A stretch of 64,000 nt of DNA from contig CAWHAE010000016.1 in the NCBI GenBank assembly GCA_963827235.1, positions 1,024,001 through 1,088,000 on the forward strand, given 5' to 3'. The position numbers were made by a program, and so were the translations under genes. This document shows, in pieces, positions 62,456 through 64,000 of the stretch. The stretch's first letter is position 1. Each line of letters opens with the position of its first letter. This DNA comes from an uncultured bacterium (lineage in GTDB: Bacteria > Chloroflexota > UBA5177 > JANWHV01). Below the pieces are notes generated by a model. That model did no database searches, had not been told where the DNA came from, and was given only the letters and a program-made list of their open reading frames with translations.

Positions 62456-64000
62456 TCACGCCCCGGGCGATGGCGTCCCGGACCCACGCGTACCAAAGCC
62501 AACGGACTGGAGGAGCGCGTCGAAGTGATCCGGCAGCGGCGCGGCGGGTCCTTGCGCCAGCGTTGCGGCATTGGCAATCATGTTCAGCAGGAGCCGGTCC
62601 GCGGCCGGATGTCGATCGACGTTTTCCAGGACACGCAGGCTGCTCAGGAAAAAGCGGCCGGCCCCGAACGGATACGAAGCGCTGATCAGCCCCGCCGCGT
62701 ATCCCGTCTTGTCCTCTGTGGGCGCGTGACCCGTCGCGAAGAACACCACCGCGATATCGTCGGGCGTTTCTTGACCTTCAAAGACATAGTGTGGAATCAC
62801 CGGACCGTAGTAGGTCCAGTCCATGATGCCCGGGCCGCGGAGACCGCTGAAGATCGGGTGGGGTTTGGCCACGTCCTCGCGATGGTAGAGCCAGTTGTTG
62901 AACCGCCGGCAGCAGCCCTTCGTGGCAAGTGGTAGCCAGCCTACGGGATCCTCTCCGCGGCGCAAGGCGCCGGGCGAGAGGATGAGTGCCACGCTTCCCC
63001 GCGCCATCTGCGCCGCCAGCGCGAGCCAACCCGCCTCGACATCTGCCGGGGCGAGCGAGGAGAGGTCGCCTACCACCACCACCTCGCGCTCGTCCGGCAC
63101 CTGCGCGCCAAAGCGCCGGCACTGCACACCGTGGTGCGTGAGCCACGCAGCGGTACGCTCATCCACGCCCCAGAGAGTCGCCTTTGTTCGCACGTCGGGC
63201 AGAGCAGCAGGATCCGAGACATAGAACTCGATCCGGTCTCCCGCTGGGCTGCCCCCTTCGAGCAGGTGGGCAGCCAGCACATAGACGCCCGCCGGGCCCG
63301 CGATCGTGACCTCTTGCTTGAACACGGGGACCGCAAGCGGGTTACCTGCCGACGTGGGCGTCGTGACGAGGTGCACACTCATCTCATGCTGCCACGCGCG
63401 CCCTGCCGGCCCGAAGACGCGCAAACGCGCGGCGTAGTCACCGGGAGGCAGGACATCTTCGTTGGCGAGCACGGCTTCGACCAATACCGTCCGGCCTGCA
63501 TACACGTGTTCCGGCTGAGCGAACAGGCACCAGCGCAGTGGCGCAAAGCCGTCCTCGAGCGCCTCCACGATACCGGGCTTCCACTCGCGCCAGAAGGTCC
63601 ACATGCCCTCACCTGTGTACCCGTGGTCAAGCATCCCCGTCAGGTTATAGCCGGCGACCTTCGGATTGGACCGGAGCAGATTGAGTCCTAGCAGCCGCAG
63701 GCGAGAGTGCAGCCGCTGGCTCTCTCGAAGCAGATCCCGTGGAAATGCGTAGACCGCGTCCATGCCGAAACGAGCCCAGTCCTCCTCGAGCCTCGTGCGC
63801 ATGGTCTCGAACACGATCAGGTCGTCGGCTGCAGGTGTGTCCTTGACCTGCCGATAGCGCTCCACTATGTGCACGACATCCAGGAGACTGCCGATACCGT
63901 ACTCCGAGACAAAGACCGGCTTGGAGTCGTGCCCCAGCGAGCGCAGAAAGGCGTTAGTCTCATCCGATTGCGGCACCTGCGGATATATGTGCACATCGCC
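62456..64000 (-). CDS. GH2-like glycoside hydrolase, C-terminal part (5' end outside window)
   Basis: GDVHIYP...PVFVSEYGIG...RSNPKVAGYNLT...GMWTFWREWKP. Confidence 0.65.
   Translation of the reverse strand, partial: GDVHIYPQVPQSDETNAFLRSLGHDSKPVFVSEYGIGSLLDVVHIVERYRQVKDTPAADDLIVFETMRTRLEEDWARFGMDAVYAFPRDLLRESQRLHSRLRLLGLNLLRSNPKVAGYNLTGMLDHGYTGEGMWTFWREWKPGIVEALEDGFAPLRWCLFAQPEHVYAGRTVLVEAVLANEDVLPPGDYAARLRVFGPAGRAWQHEMSVHLVTTPTSAGNPLAVPVFKQEVTIAGPAGVYVLAAHLLEGGSPAGDRIEFYVSDPAALPDVRTKATLWGVDERTAAWLTHHGVQCRRFGAQVPDEREVVVVGDLSSLAPADVEAGWLALAAQMARGSVALILSPGALRRGEDPVGWLPLATKGCCRRFNNWLYHREDVAKPHPIFSGLRGPGIMDWTYYGPVIPHYVFEGQETPDDIAVVFFATGHAPTEDKTGYAAGLISASYPFGAGRFFLSSLRVLENVDRHPAADRLLLNMIANAATLAQGPAAPLPDHFDALLQSVGFGTRGSGTPSPGA

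Overview
GC-rich bacterial DNA. The gene repertoire (XRE-AAA-TPR regulator, MmyB-type regulator, many SDR/AKR genes) suggests a soil Chloroflexota- or Actinomycetota-like genome; this is inference only. Positions 1-30 kb are an accessory, heavily decayed region of oxidoreductases, GNATs, methyltransferases and regulators with many frameshifts, nonsense codons and deletion stubs. Positions 31-35.5 kb hold a module of 11-bp-period direct repeats, two secreted proteins and an OmpR/histidine kinase pair. Positions 36.8-58.3 kb form a cell-surface glycan-like locus: two clan GH-A hydrolases, two GT4s, a GT-C-like membrane protein, two O-antigen-ligase-like proteins, two intact and one degenerate B12-binding radical SAM genes, three methyltransferases and a Pol-beta-like nucleotidyltransferase. 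Six transcription units of this locus are preceded by the same oriented motif, TGTAACC-N5(6)-CGTAYNTA, and another carries a variant c-di-GMP-I-like riboswitch. This apparently co-regulated glycan-modification system is the best candidate for an undescribed system. Positions 58.3-64 kb hold IS remnants, an ECF sigma/membrane partner pair, GntR and a partial GH2-like gene. No rRNA, tRNA or CRISPR array was seen. All family calls come from motif recognition by eye, not database searches.
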